Assembly: GCA_951406725.2 (NCBI GenBank)
Contig: OX597828.1
Span: 12,772,001-12,836,000 of the forward strand
Direction: 5' to 3'
Length of the DNA: 64,000 nt
Source of the DNA: Octopus vulgaris
Lineage: Eukaryota
A program made the translations under genes and the position numbers. This document shows, one piece after another, positions 52,587-64,000 of the stretch; positions within the stretch are counted from its first letter, which is position 1, and the number at the start of each line of letters is the position of its first letter. Under the pieces are notes generated by a model. The model was not told where the DNA came from. It saw only the letters and a list, made by a program, of their open reading frames with translations, and did not search any database.

Positions 52587-53334
52587 TGCATGTATGTATG
52601 TATGTATGTATGTATGTATGTATGCATGTATGTATGTTTGTGTGTATGCATCGATGCATGTGTGTACTTGTTTGTGTACGCATGTGTATGTGCATGAGTA
52701 GATGTGGATGTATATATATAAATGTGGCTGTATATATAAATGTGTGTATGCGTGCGTGTGTGTGTGCATGTGTGTGTGTGTGTGTGTGTGTATGTGTGTG
52801 TGAATGTAAATATACAACAACTTCATGTGATTTTATTTGAACATTCTTTTCTAAAGATACATTAAAACATTTCATACCTAAACAAATTCTGACAGTTAGA
52901 TTGCTCGAGATTTTTGAAAAACTGTGAAGCAAGCGAGAGAGAACTAAAAATGTGTTGCCACAATATGATTGTATTTATTTTCTTTTTCTCACATCTTTTT
53001 TCCTCTTTTTTTACCAATCCATTATGTAAATAACATCATAATTTGATTTCATCCAGCTGAGATTATAAATTAAAGTGGTGATGTTGCCAGTTGACAAATG
53101 TGGAACCCAGTTTTATGAAGAAAAGCTATTTCAAGCTGAGATTTCTGTATCCATCGTTTCTCTTCGGTTTCATCTAGCGTATCCAAAGGTGAGCGCTTTT
53201 TAGCAGAGCTGCTGCCTCTCCACAGTAACTATGAAGCTTAGAAATACCGGTTAATGGAAAAAAAAAATCAGCAATTTTGGTACTGTTATTGAGTACAGGC
53301 GCTATTCCTACGGACCTGTATATATGTGAGTGTT

Positions 53335-53419
<85 letters not shown>

Positions 53420-53615
53420 GGAAAATGTATGCTAAAGAAGGTAGATTTAATACCATTTCTTTACTACGCACTTTACTCCATTTTGGTTATTTGTATTCAC
53501 CGAAGTGAGTGTCCATTGAGCATGTGGATGAAGATCCACATTGATTCTTCAGAGGAACACTTAATTACATTGCGCAAACACAGAGCAAAAGCTATATATA
53601 TATATATATATATAT

Positions 53616-53675
53616 ACATTGTTTGTTTGTACTCCACCTGCCTTCGTTTTTTGTTTATTTTCGTAAACCTTCCCG

Positions 53676-53735
<60 letters not shown>

Positions 53736-53796
53736 CGGGAAGGTTTACGAAAATAAACAAAAGACGAAGGCAGGTGGAAATACAAACAAACAATGT
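53616..53796. repeat. Inverted pair of ~62-bp Penelope-like termini around a (TA)n spacer
   Basis: ...TTTTCGTAAACCTTCCCGTT(AT)nAACGGGAAGGTTTACGAAAA...; similar to 40043-40100. Confidence 0.85.
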
Positions 53797-53801
53797 ATAT
53801 A

Positions 53802-53837
<36 letters not shown>

Positions 53838-54414
53838 TGTATGTATGCATGTATGTATGTATGTGTGTGTGCATGTATGTATATGTATGTATGTATGCAT
53901 GTATGTATGTATGCATGTATGTATGCATGTATGTATGTATGTATGTATGTATGTGTCTATGTATGTATGTATGTATCACTGCGTGGCACCGTGGGCGTGT
54001 GTCTTCTACTATAGCTTCGGACCGACCAAAGCCTTGTGAGTGCATTTGATAGACAGAAACTGAAAGAAGCCCATCGCATAGATGTATGTGCGCGCGCATG
54101 TGTGTGTATGCATGTGTGTGTGTGTGTGTGTGTGATATAACTGGTACCACTAAGAAGTACGTGAAAGCGCATGGCTTAGTGGTTAGAGTGTTGCACTTGC
54201 TATCGTAAGGTTGTGGTTTCGATTCCTGCATAAGACGATGTGTTGTGTTCTTGACGTTGCTCCAGTTCAATCAGTCGGCAAAAGAGAGTCATTCTAAGAT
54301 GGATTGACGTCCCATCCAATAGGGATATATATATGCCGCAGAATCCGGGACACCGGCTTCATGAGCCTATGTTGCAAGGAGAACATATATACATACACAC
54401 ATACGCACATACAT

Positions 54415-54449
<35 letters not shown>

Positions 54450-54451
54450 AA

Positions 54452-54998
54452 CAAACTTAGAAAATCTCTCTGCTATGGAATACATTCACAGACACCAACT
54501 CAAGGAATACTGGTGGAATATTCCCATCAGAACTTCTGTCAAATGTAAGCATAACAGGCCGGATATTGTTGTTTGGGACAGAGGGGCAATGGTATGTACC
54601 ATCATACAGGTCAGCTGCCAGGCAGATATAAATATCTCTTTGAAAATCAAAGGAAAAGAGGATATCTATGGACAGCTGAATCGAAATCTCCAGTTTCTAT
54701 ATCCAGACTATAAACTCATATTCATACCAACAATAATTGGAGCACTAGGTTTTGTTAGTAAATGCTTGAAGGAGAATCTGGATAAACTGGGATTTTCAGA
54801 AAAAGAAATTGACCAGCTAATTCGTGCATTACAAGCGCAAACTGTGAGAGGAACAGTAAAAATATGCAAGACTTTTCTCAAGTTCCAAACATGAATTTGT
54901 CTGTTAACTACATCCCAAAGATGGAGCCTTGTATCTTTGTTGAAAACTGGCTCCCTCCACAGAGGAAGATTTATAATAATTAAAAAATAGAAGAGATG
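54452..54998 (+). mobile_element. 5'-truncated non-LTR retrotransposon with restriction-like endonuclease domain, ending in (TACA)n
   Basis: KEYWWNIPIRT..KCKHNRPDIVVWD...IIQVSC..D...K...K.DIY..L...IPTIIGALG; stop at 54892-54894; short 3' UTR, then a (TACA)n array. Confidence 0.88.
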
Positions 54999-55102
54999 TA
55001 CATACATACATACATACATACATACATACATACATACATACATACATACATACATACATACGTACGTACATACATTCATACGTACATACGTACGTACATA
55101 CA

Positions 55103-55292
55103 TATTCGTTACACGTTCAAATCCCACCGTGTCCTGCCTGGATAAGAGATTTAATCTGTCGCCCGGTTTAACGCTAACACTTGTCCCTTGGACATCTACG
55201 TACATACATACATACATACATGCATGCATGCATGCATGCATACATACATACATACATACATACATACATACATACATACATACATACATACA

Positions 55293-55323
<31 letters not shown>

Positions 55324-55651
55324 TCGTTACGCGTTCAAATCCCACCGTGTCCTGCCTGGATAAGAGACTTAGTCTGCTGCCCGGTTTAACTCCAACACTT
55401 GTCCCTTGGACACCTTTAGCCGAGGAATTCATTCTGTTGCAAGCTTTCGATTCAGATCTCCGAATTTAGGATAATTTCCCTTCACTCTTCCTTCTATCGG
55501 TCTCGGAGGCCCTGGGAAGGGTCATCGGCGCTGCTTTTCCACCTGACTAAACAATAAACTAGAAATATGAGATCAAATGAAGTTTTCTTATTTTTGTATT
55601 TATAGATATTGTGTATATATATATATGTATATTTGTGTGAGTGTGTGCGTG

Positions 55652-55746
<95 letters not shown>

Positions 55747-55755
55747 CTAGCTAGC

Positions 55756-55817
<62 letters not shown>

Positions 55818-56080
55818 GGTAGGTAGGTAGGTAGGTAGGTAGGTAGGTAGGTAGGTAGGTAGGTAGGTAAATCCCACCGTGTCCTGCCTGGATAAGAGAT
55901 TTAATCTGTCGCCCGGTTTAACGCTAACACTTGTCCCTTGGACATCTACGTACATACATACATACATACATACATGCATGCATGCATACATACATACATA
56001 CATACATACATACATACATACATACATACATACATCCACACACACACACACATACATACATACATACATACATACATACA

Positions 56081-56111
<31 letters not shown>

Positions 56112-56465
56112 TCGTTACGCGTTCAAATCCCACCGTGTCCTGCCTGGATAAGAGACTTAGTCTGCTGCCCGGTTTAACTCCAACACTTGTCCCTTGGACA
56201 CCTTTAGCCGAGGAATTCATTCTGTTGCAAGCTTTCGATTCAGATCTCTCACTATCTATTAGTCTGTCTATCTATCTATCTACCTCTTTCGATCTCTCTG
56301 TCTCTCTCTATCGGTCTCGGAGGCCCTGGGAAGGGTCATCGGCGCTGCTTTTCCACCTGACTAAACAATAAACTAGAAATATGAGATCAAATGAAGTTTT
56401 CTTATTTTTGTATTTATAGATATTGTGTATATATATATATGTATATTTGTGTGAGTGTGTGCGTG

Positions 56466-56553
<88 letters not shown>

Positions 56554-56560
56554 TAGCTAG
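55103..56560. repeat. Nested tandem duplication: ~100-bp unit in four copies (A-B-A-B) within a ~750-bp block duplicated twice
   Basis: AAATCCCACCGTGTCCTGCCTGGATAAGAGA at ~55119, 55337, 55869 and 56125; downstream unique sequence 55493-55650 repeated at ~56308-56465. Confidence 0.92.
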
Positions 56561-56573
56561 CTAGATAGATAGC

Positions 56574-56615
<42 letters not shown>

Positions 56616-56617
56616 GC

Positions 56618-56656
<39 letters not shown>

Positions 56657-56668
56657 AAGATAGATAGC

Positions 56669-56771
<103 letters not shown>

Positions 56772-56809
56772 GATAGTAGATAAATAGATAGACAGACAGA
56801 CAGACAGAC

Positions 56810-56875
<66 letters not shown>

Positions 56876-57329
56876 GTGCATGCATGTGTCGATGAAAATA
56901 TAGTCTTTCTTTACTGATTATTTATTCAGATCTATCTTAAAGTGATAATTAAATTATCACTCAGAACCTTCATTCCGGAGAGATTTCCTCATAGGAAACG
57001 AACACAGATTTCCCAAATGCTCCTTTTCTTTCTCTCTTCCTATCTTCAATGCTCGTCTTCTTTTTCTGTCTCTCTAATCTTCTTTCTCGGTCTCGCTTTC
57101 GTTCGTTTTCCTTTGCTGTCTCTCTCTCTCCTTCAGCCTATCTCTCTTTCGTCTTCTCTCTCTTTTTCGTCCTCTCTTTTTCGTTTTCTCTTTTCTCCTT
57201 CTTTCACTCTATCTCTTTCATCCTTTCTTTCTCCATCTCTCTACTTTGTTCATTCTTTCCCTCTCTGTAACTTTCGTTCTCTCTCTCACTATCTATTAGT
57301 CTGTCTATCTATCTATCTACCTCTTTCGA

Positions 57330-57364
<35 letters not shown>

Positions 57365-57529
57365 TTATTTCGTCTTCTCTCTTTTTCGTCCTCTTTATTT
57401 CTATCTCTTACGTTCTCTCTCACTCATCTCTATCTTTTGTTCACTCTTTTGCTCTCTATACCTTTCGTTCTCTCTCACTTCCTCCCTCTCTGTATCTTTT
57501 TATCTATCTATTTATCTATCTATTTATCC

Positions 57530-57571
<42 letters not shown>

Positions 57572-58455
57572 TTATCTATTTATCTATCTATCTATTTATC
57601 TATCTATTTATCTATCTATCTATTTATCTATCTATTTATCTATCTTTCCTTCTTTCACTCTTACCGTCTGAATTAACAAACAAAAGGCCTCATCTTTTAA
57701 CTACAGACAAATAGAAGCTCGCAATGTCTATAATAAACATACAAGACCGAAGGTTAATTGCAGTCGAGTGTTACCACGGGAACAAGTACGAAGAGGAAAC
57801 GACGCCAACTGAAACATTGCAATTTGATTGATTCACAAAAGAAAAAGTAGAACTTATTTAGTTTCCATTATTCAGACACATATTACCTTCAATTTATGTA
57901 GAAATTTACTTTTACAAATGGAATCAGATGTGAATAAAGCATTTTAGCGAATCATTTTAGTGTGACGAACTGAGAAATATTTGTTATCATCAACAAAGGA
58001 TTTATCGCGTGCATAAATGTTGTCTTTCTTTACTGATTATTTATTCAGATCTATCTTAAAGTGATAATTAAATATCACCAGAATTCATGGAAATTAGTGC
58101 TGGTCTGCGACAGAAAAGAATCAATAGTTAATGGAATACTAAGGTAGACTTGTGTAGCTGTAAAGAACGAAAGTATCAGACGTTTCGAGCAAAGTTTTTC
58201 ATCGAAGAATGAAAATGTAAATAATTTATTTATGTCACTGGTGTATGAATGCAATGGGTTGGCAGAATCGTTAGAGCGCTGAATAAAAGGTCTCGTGATG
58301 TTTGTTCCGATTGTCTGCTCTGTAAGATCAAATCTTGCCGCGATCAACTTTATAAAGAGGTAGAAAGTGGTAGAGTTGCGAAACTATGATAGCGTTGGCA
58401 AGGATACTCAATAGAATCTGCTCCGACTCTTTGCGTTCTGATGGCAACATCTACC

Positions 58456-58667
58456 TATTTCTTTACTACCCACAGAGGGGACAAACAAGGACAGACACAC
58501 GGATTAAGTCGATTACATCGACTCCAGTACGTAACTGGTACTTATTTAATCGACCCTGAAAGGATGAAAAGCAAAGTCGACCTCGGCGGAATTTGAACTC
58601 AGAGCGTAACGGCAGACCGGAAAGTATTTCGTCCGGTGTGCTAACGTTTCTGCCAGCTTGCCGCCTT
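58456..58667 (-). mobile_element. SINE family B
   Basis: Reverse complement of family B. Confidence 0.85.
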
Positions 58668-59503
58668 ACCACGGCACTGTTGCTAAATAATATTAACCCA
58701 AGGCGGCAGTCTATCTCTTGAAAAGCATCGGCACCGTGGAGAGAAGACTTGCATAGGAGATCAACCGTCAATCTACAACATACAAAAAAATCTTGCTCAA
58801 TTTTACACATACAGGCGTAGATAACTTATCAACATTGACCGACAGAGATCCTAAGAGAGTGGAGAAGCAATTATATTTTCACAAGCTAATCAGGAGGGAA
58901 GAAAAAAATACCTATAGCTCGTGCAGACCTCACCACCAGCACCACCGATTGGTGTGACTAATACAATCAATGCCCAAACTGTGTACTTGTAGGTCAATGG
59001 CTGCAGGAAATCTCGTCAATCGAGAGAGGACCAGGGTAAAGAGTTCGGCTGCTTGTCATTGAGTAAATTCTACAGACAGCATCCAAGAAGAGCGTTAAAG
59101 TCAGTCTTAAGTCTTTGGGTTCATTAGGCCAGAGTTTAACTCAGTTTTCGAAGTATTTGAATAACAGAGAGCACATAGCCCACTCTAAACAGGCCACCAG
59201 AAACCAGGGTTAATCCACAACTATTGCTGGCGCCTATTTTCAAATGAACAGATTAAAGTAGAGTATCTCGCTCGAAGACATAAAGCATAACCTAGTTCCG
59301 AAATTGAACCCATGACATTACGGTTATGAGCAAATAGAAAGAAGTAGCAATTGGTAGAGTGGCGAAACTGTGAGAAGAACGTTGCAGAGGATACTCAACA
59401 GAATCCTAACTGGTAGACTAACCCAGTCAAATACAAGTGCAAAAGGGGAAACTACGTAGGTAATTCATCGGGAAAGGGAGAGTACACTCTGTTATAATTT
59501 TGA

Positions 59504-59535
<32 letters not shown>

Positions 59536-59718
59536 GCAATTAAGGGTTTAGCAACGAATTGCCTCACCACACACCGAATTTAGAAATAGCAGTCAAAGAG
59601 TTATAGCTATTCTTTCTACTAAAAGGGAGATCTCAGTAAAAATATAGCACTTGAATGGCAAACACAGACAGGTAAGAGAGAATGAAATGACGGCAATCTA
59701 TCATACAATTTTAAGTCA

Positions 59719-59810
59719 CCTACGGACGTACGTTTCGAAATCAAGTTTTAGGAAAGCATAAGAATTAGATAATTCTACCTTACCCAAACTTCTTTTCTCA
59801 TCAGCGTAGG
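59719..59810 (-). ncRNA. Type I hammerhead ribozyme (predicted) with extended stem II
   Basis: Minus strand: CCTACG-CTGATGA-GAAAAGAAGTTTGGGTAAGGTAGAATT-ATCT-AATTCTTATGCTTTCCTAAAACTTGATTTC-GAA-ACGTACGT-C-CGTAGG. Perfect 6-bp stem I, intact CUGAUGA and GAAA boxes, palindromic stem III, GUC cleavage triplet. Confidence 0.85.
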
Positions 59811-59998
59811 ATACTACAATTATGAATAATTGTATATTAAATTTTGAGATACTAGAAGGCAACATCTCAACTCAATGTCAGAGCGAGCCAAAGCATTACC
59901 AGTACCACGAAATTCAAAGTGTGAATGAAAGTTTGTGTCACCTGCCCCCTTCCACCCGCGTGTAGCCAAGACAAGATGCTGTGGTTATTTACTGGGAT

Positions 59999-60037
<39 letters not shown>

Positions 60038-60039
<2 letters not shown>

Positions 60040-60408
60040 TATTTTACTCTTTTACTAGTTTCAGTCATTTGACTGCGGCCATGCTGGAGCACCGCCTTTA
60101 GTCGAGCAAGTCGATCCCGGGACTTATTCTTTGTAAGCCTAGTACTTATTCTATCGGTCTCTTTTGCCGAACCGCTAAGTTACGGGGACGTAAACACACC
60201 AGCATCGGTTGTCAAGCGATGTTGGGGGACAAACACACACACAAACATATACGCACACATCATATATATATATATATATATATACGACGGGCTTCTTTCA
60301 GTTTCCGTTTATATAGTAGAAGACACTTGCCCAAGGTGCCACGCAGTGGGACTGAACTCAAAACCATGTGGTTGGTAAGCGAGCTACTTACCACACAGCC
60401 AGTCCTGC

Positions 60409-60411
<3 letters not shown>
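60038..60411 (-). mobile_element. SINE family A with internal deletion
   Basis: Reverse complement of family A. Confidence 0.88.
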
Positions 60412-60475
<64 letters not shown>

Positions 60476-60539
60476 CCAACTTTCTTATCTCTATATATAT
60501 ATACACACACATTCATAAATATATGCATACATACATACA

Positions 60540-60603
<64 letters not shown>

Positions 60604-61391
60604 ATCTCGGGACCAACTGAAACACCTATATCTTTATGTTGCTTTTAATATCTTAAAGTAACCTTGGTCGACCTGTTTATTCAGTCAAATTATCTCGCCA
60701 TTTATTAATAACTTTAATACGGCTTTCGTCCTATTTCCAAACCGATACATAACTACAGGCCACTAAACCGCCACCACCACCAACAACAACAACAACAACA
60801 ACAACAAAAACACTAACAGCAGCAACAGCAGCACTGCAGCTATCACTGCCAACATCAATGCCATCAATGCTACCAACGGTTTGTTCACAATTTCTGTTTT
60901 ATTAATACTTCTTGGTCAACTTTAACTTTAAAATGTATCAAAGTCTTAATTGATTGTTGAATATACTTAAAATTCTTTCTATTCACGTCACTAAAATATT
61001 TGCAATAAAATGAAAATTTCTATTGATTCGATCTTAAGTCAAAACCGTTATTAAAAACATTTATCATGTCTACGTTGTCGTTTGACATGTTAGAAACGGA
61101 TGCCAAATCTACCTCAGATCGCAGCCTACTTTAAAAATAAAAGATAGACGCATTGGACAATGTAGTTCTAAGTAATTCAACAGTCGAGATGGTTACAGAT
61201 GGAACTCTTTTGAATAAAACTCTTTTCGATTATAACTAACCTAAGTCTACACAATAAAACGGTTTTATGATCAAGATGTCTTAGAATCTAAACCTGATCC
61301 TTTGTAAGATGTCTTAACGTAACCGTTCATCGTTGCTTGTGTCTACACAAGCGTTGTCTAAATCTATAAGCGACATCGTTTATTTTTTTAT

Positions 61392-61605
61392 CTCTTACTT
61401 GTTTCTGTGACTAGGCTGCGACCATCCTGGAGCACCGCCTTTAGTCGAGCAAATCGACCCCAGGACTTATTCTTTGTCAGCCTAGTACTTATTCTATCGG
61501 TCTCTTTTGCGGAACCGCTAACTTACGGGGACGTAAACACACCAGCATCGGTTGTCAAGCGATGTTGGTGGGACAAACACAGACACACAAACATATACAC
61601 AAACA

Positions 61606-61649
<44 letters not shown>

Positions 61650-61810
61650 CGACGGGCTTCTTTCAGTTTCCGTCTACCAAATCCACTCACAAGGCTTTGG
61701 TCGGCCCGAGGCTATAGTAGAAGACACTTGCCTGGGGTGACACGCAGTTGGAATGAACCCGGAACCACATGGTTGGGAAGCAAGCTTCTTACCACACAGC
61801 CACGCCTGCA
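61392..61810 (-). mobile_element. SINE family A
   Basis: Reverse complement of family A. Confidence 0.88.
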
Positions 61811-62394
61811 CCTGTTTGTTCTTTATAAACATCGACGCAATTTCTCGACGAATCTTTTCTAAAATTTGCAAACACATCCAAAATTATTCCAGAATAATGC
61901 ATGGAAGTATGGAAATAAATAATCCCGGGTCGAGGTCAGACTGAGGTAAAACAGAAGATTCAAGAAAGATGTGGAAAGACAGGTAGTTGTAAAGTGATGG
62001 TTATAGAACAGGTGTGTTAGGGCAAGGTTCAAAAACGTTGTCAGTTTATGATGTCAAGCAGTTTTTCTTTCTCCAGTTTCTCTTTAATCACTTCCACTCT
62101 CTTCGACTTTCCTATTCTCTCTGTCTCACTGTCTCATAATAATTCTCTCTCTCCCTCACGCACGCACACACATACACACACACACGTGACACATAAGCAC
62201 ATAAGAACACACGCACGCACACACACTTTCTTATTCATTTGTCTTATAGAGCAATGCATATAAATAGCGTATAATAAAACACTGTAGATATTAAAATTCC
62301 TCGTTTTTATCCATTAATATCTTCGAAAGAAGTTAGATACTCCTCCAAATAACATGGAAGATAGAAAATAATATATACTTTTGTTTCAGATTAA

Positions 62395-63132
62395 AATTTA
62401 TCTAAATGTTTAAATGTTCAAAAATGCATGTATAATGCTGTATAATACAGGCTGTTAATCTTTATGATGTATGTATGTGTGCGCGTGTTTGTATGTATGT
62501 ATTAGAAAGAGAGGACGAACAAGTAAAACATGGCGTATCACTTTAGAGTATATGATTTACTATTCAAACATAATTTCAGGGTTGTTAGAGTAAATACTCT
62601 ACTATTATGCTATTTTCTTTTACTAGGGATTTCCTTAATTCTTCGATGAACTGACAACTACTAATATCCATTCTCAAGGATGTTAATTTGTTCTCTCCGA
62701 AGACGGTATAGTTGGCTTACATGGAAATCTTTGTTCAGTAATATATGTTCCACATGCACAGCTATTCTAGAAACGGCTGTAACGGACTTTACGCATTATT
62801 TCTTAATCCCTTCTTTACTCTAACAACACTGCAATTTTGTTTGAATCATAAAACATATACTCTAAAGTGATACTATATGTTTTACTTGATCATCCTCTCA
62901 TTTTAATACATACATACATACATACATACGTACGTACGTACATACATACATACATACGTACATACATACATACATACATACATACATACATACATACATA
63001 CGTACGTACATGCATACATATATACATACATACATACATACATGCATGCATGCATCTATACACACACACATAACATCATAAAAATTAACAGTCCGTATTA
63101 TACAGCATCATACATACAATTTGAACATTTTA

Positions 63133-63140
<8 letters not shown>
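62395..63140. repeat. Diverged foldback inverted repeat (arms ~62395-62595 and ~62812-63140)
   Basis: ATTCAAACATAATTTCAGGGTTGTTAGAGTAAA vs TTTACTCTAACAACACTGCAATTTTGTTTGAAT; GTATCACTTTAGAGTATATG vs CATATACTCTAAAGTGATAC; ATGCTGTATAATAC vs GTATTATACAGCAT. Confidence 0.88.
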
Positions 63141-63176
<36 letters not shown>

Positions 63177-63705
63177 ATATTTATATATATATATACATAT
63201 ATATACATAGACACCACATACATACATACAAACGCACATATATGTGTGTGTCTGTATGTATGTATGTATGTATGTATGTATGTATGTATGTATGTATGTA
63301 TGTATGTATGTACGTATGCATGTATGTATACTCTGCATCCCCACCCTTCTAAGTATTTGTACCTCACCCCTGCACAAAATTCATGGACTACCTCATTCCA
63401 GCTATGATTATATCTGTGTAAAATGATGCGAAGACTGCCAGAGATGCTCCATGAAGGATGATGCAAAGTGGAAGCCATTTTGCATCCAGTATTCTACGGA
63501 TTCTATAATTTCCATCGGAAATTCCGGTCAGCTGCTGTTATTTTAACAGCGCTCGTGTACAGCTGTCCATCCATTGTGCAAGGGTTAAACAAAGAATATT
63601 TAATACCAGTAATATATAATTATGTCAACAATCGAGTTTCGAGGATTCAAAAATGGTTTCGAAACTAGTGTGAAGAAAGTATTATTATTATCATTATTAT
63701 TATTA

Positions 63706-63758
<53 letters not shown>

Positions 63759-64000
63759 GAGTGAGAGAGCAGTTCATGCCATCAAAGTGACACTGGGGTA
63801 AAATATACGAGGCCCAATATATCCATCATGACTACCCGTCTGATAAGGGTACACCAGGCACATGCATCACAACCATATGTGCGCGACATGGTGATCTCAT
63901 ATCAAGATAAACAGCACATGACCTTGCAGGTGGGGCCCATTTAGAAATCTCTTCAGGTTGAGTAGCCCATCCTGCTCAAAAGGTCCCTGAATAAGGGTTG
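63759..64000 (-). mobile_element. Probable retroposon 3' end with (TAA)n tail; runs off window end
   Basis: Balanced-composition sequence abutting the (TTA)n array at 63680-63758; no coding motif seen. Confidence 0.45.

Noticed and set aside
53056-53190. Possible plus-strand exon ending AAG|GTGAGC
   Set aside because: All frames from the nearest acceptor hit stops early and no homology is recognisable; evidence is too weak.
55103-56250. CRISPR-like repeat-spacer appearance
   Set aside because: Repeats are ~100 bp, the spacers are microsatellites, the context is eukaryotic and there are no cas genes.
63468-63668. Homeodomain-like RIQKWFRN
   Set aside because: Followed immediately by a stop, and the upstream helices do not match a homeodomain.

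Overview
Eukaryotic, AT-rich, extremely microsatellite- and retroposon-dense DNA. The SINE families and microsatellite load point to an octopus (coleoid cephalopod) genome; this is inferred from recognisable repeat families, not proven. I cannot support any intact host protein-coding gene. Nearly all ORFs in the track are translations of (TA)n/(CA)n/(TACA)n/(TATC)n/(TTA)n repeats or SINE bodies. What is supported: decayed non-LTR retrotransposons (R4/Dong-type with restriction-like endonuclease, CR1-like, RTE-like); Penelope-like remnants, including a GIY-YIG endonuclease frame; mariner transposase remnants; several MITEs with TIRs and TSDs; many copies of three tRNA-derived SINE families; and numerous inverted and tandem duplications. 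The most notable signal is a complete type I hammerhead ribozyme fold on the minus strand at 59719-59810, inside a ~465-bp insert bounded by (TA)n. Several decayed minimal hammerhead motifs occur in other, mostly (TA)n-associated, Penelope-like termini. Together with TAA- and TACA-associated REL LINEs, this suggests a community of microsatellite-targeting retroelements. Weak candidates for host exons or a promoter are flagged as low confidence. Repeat boundaries were read by eye and may be off by several bases.
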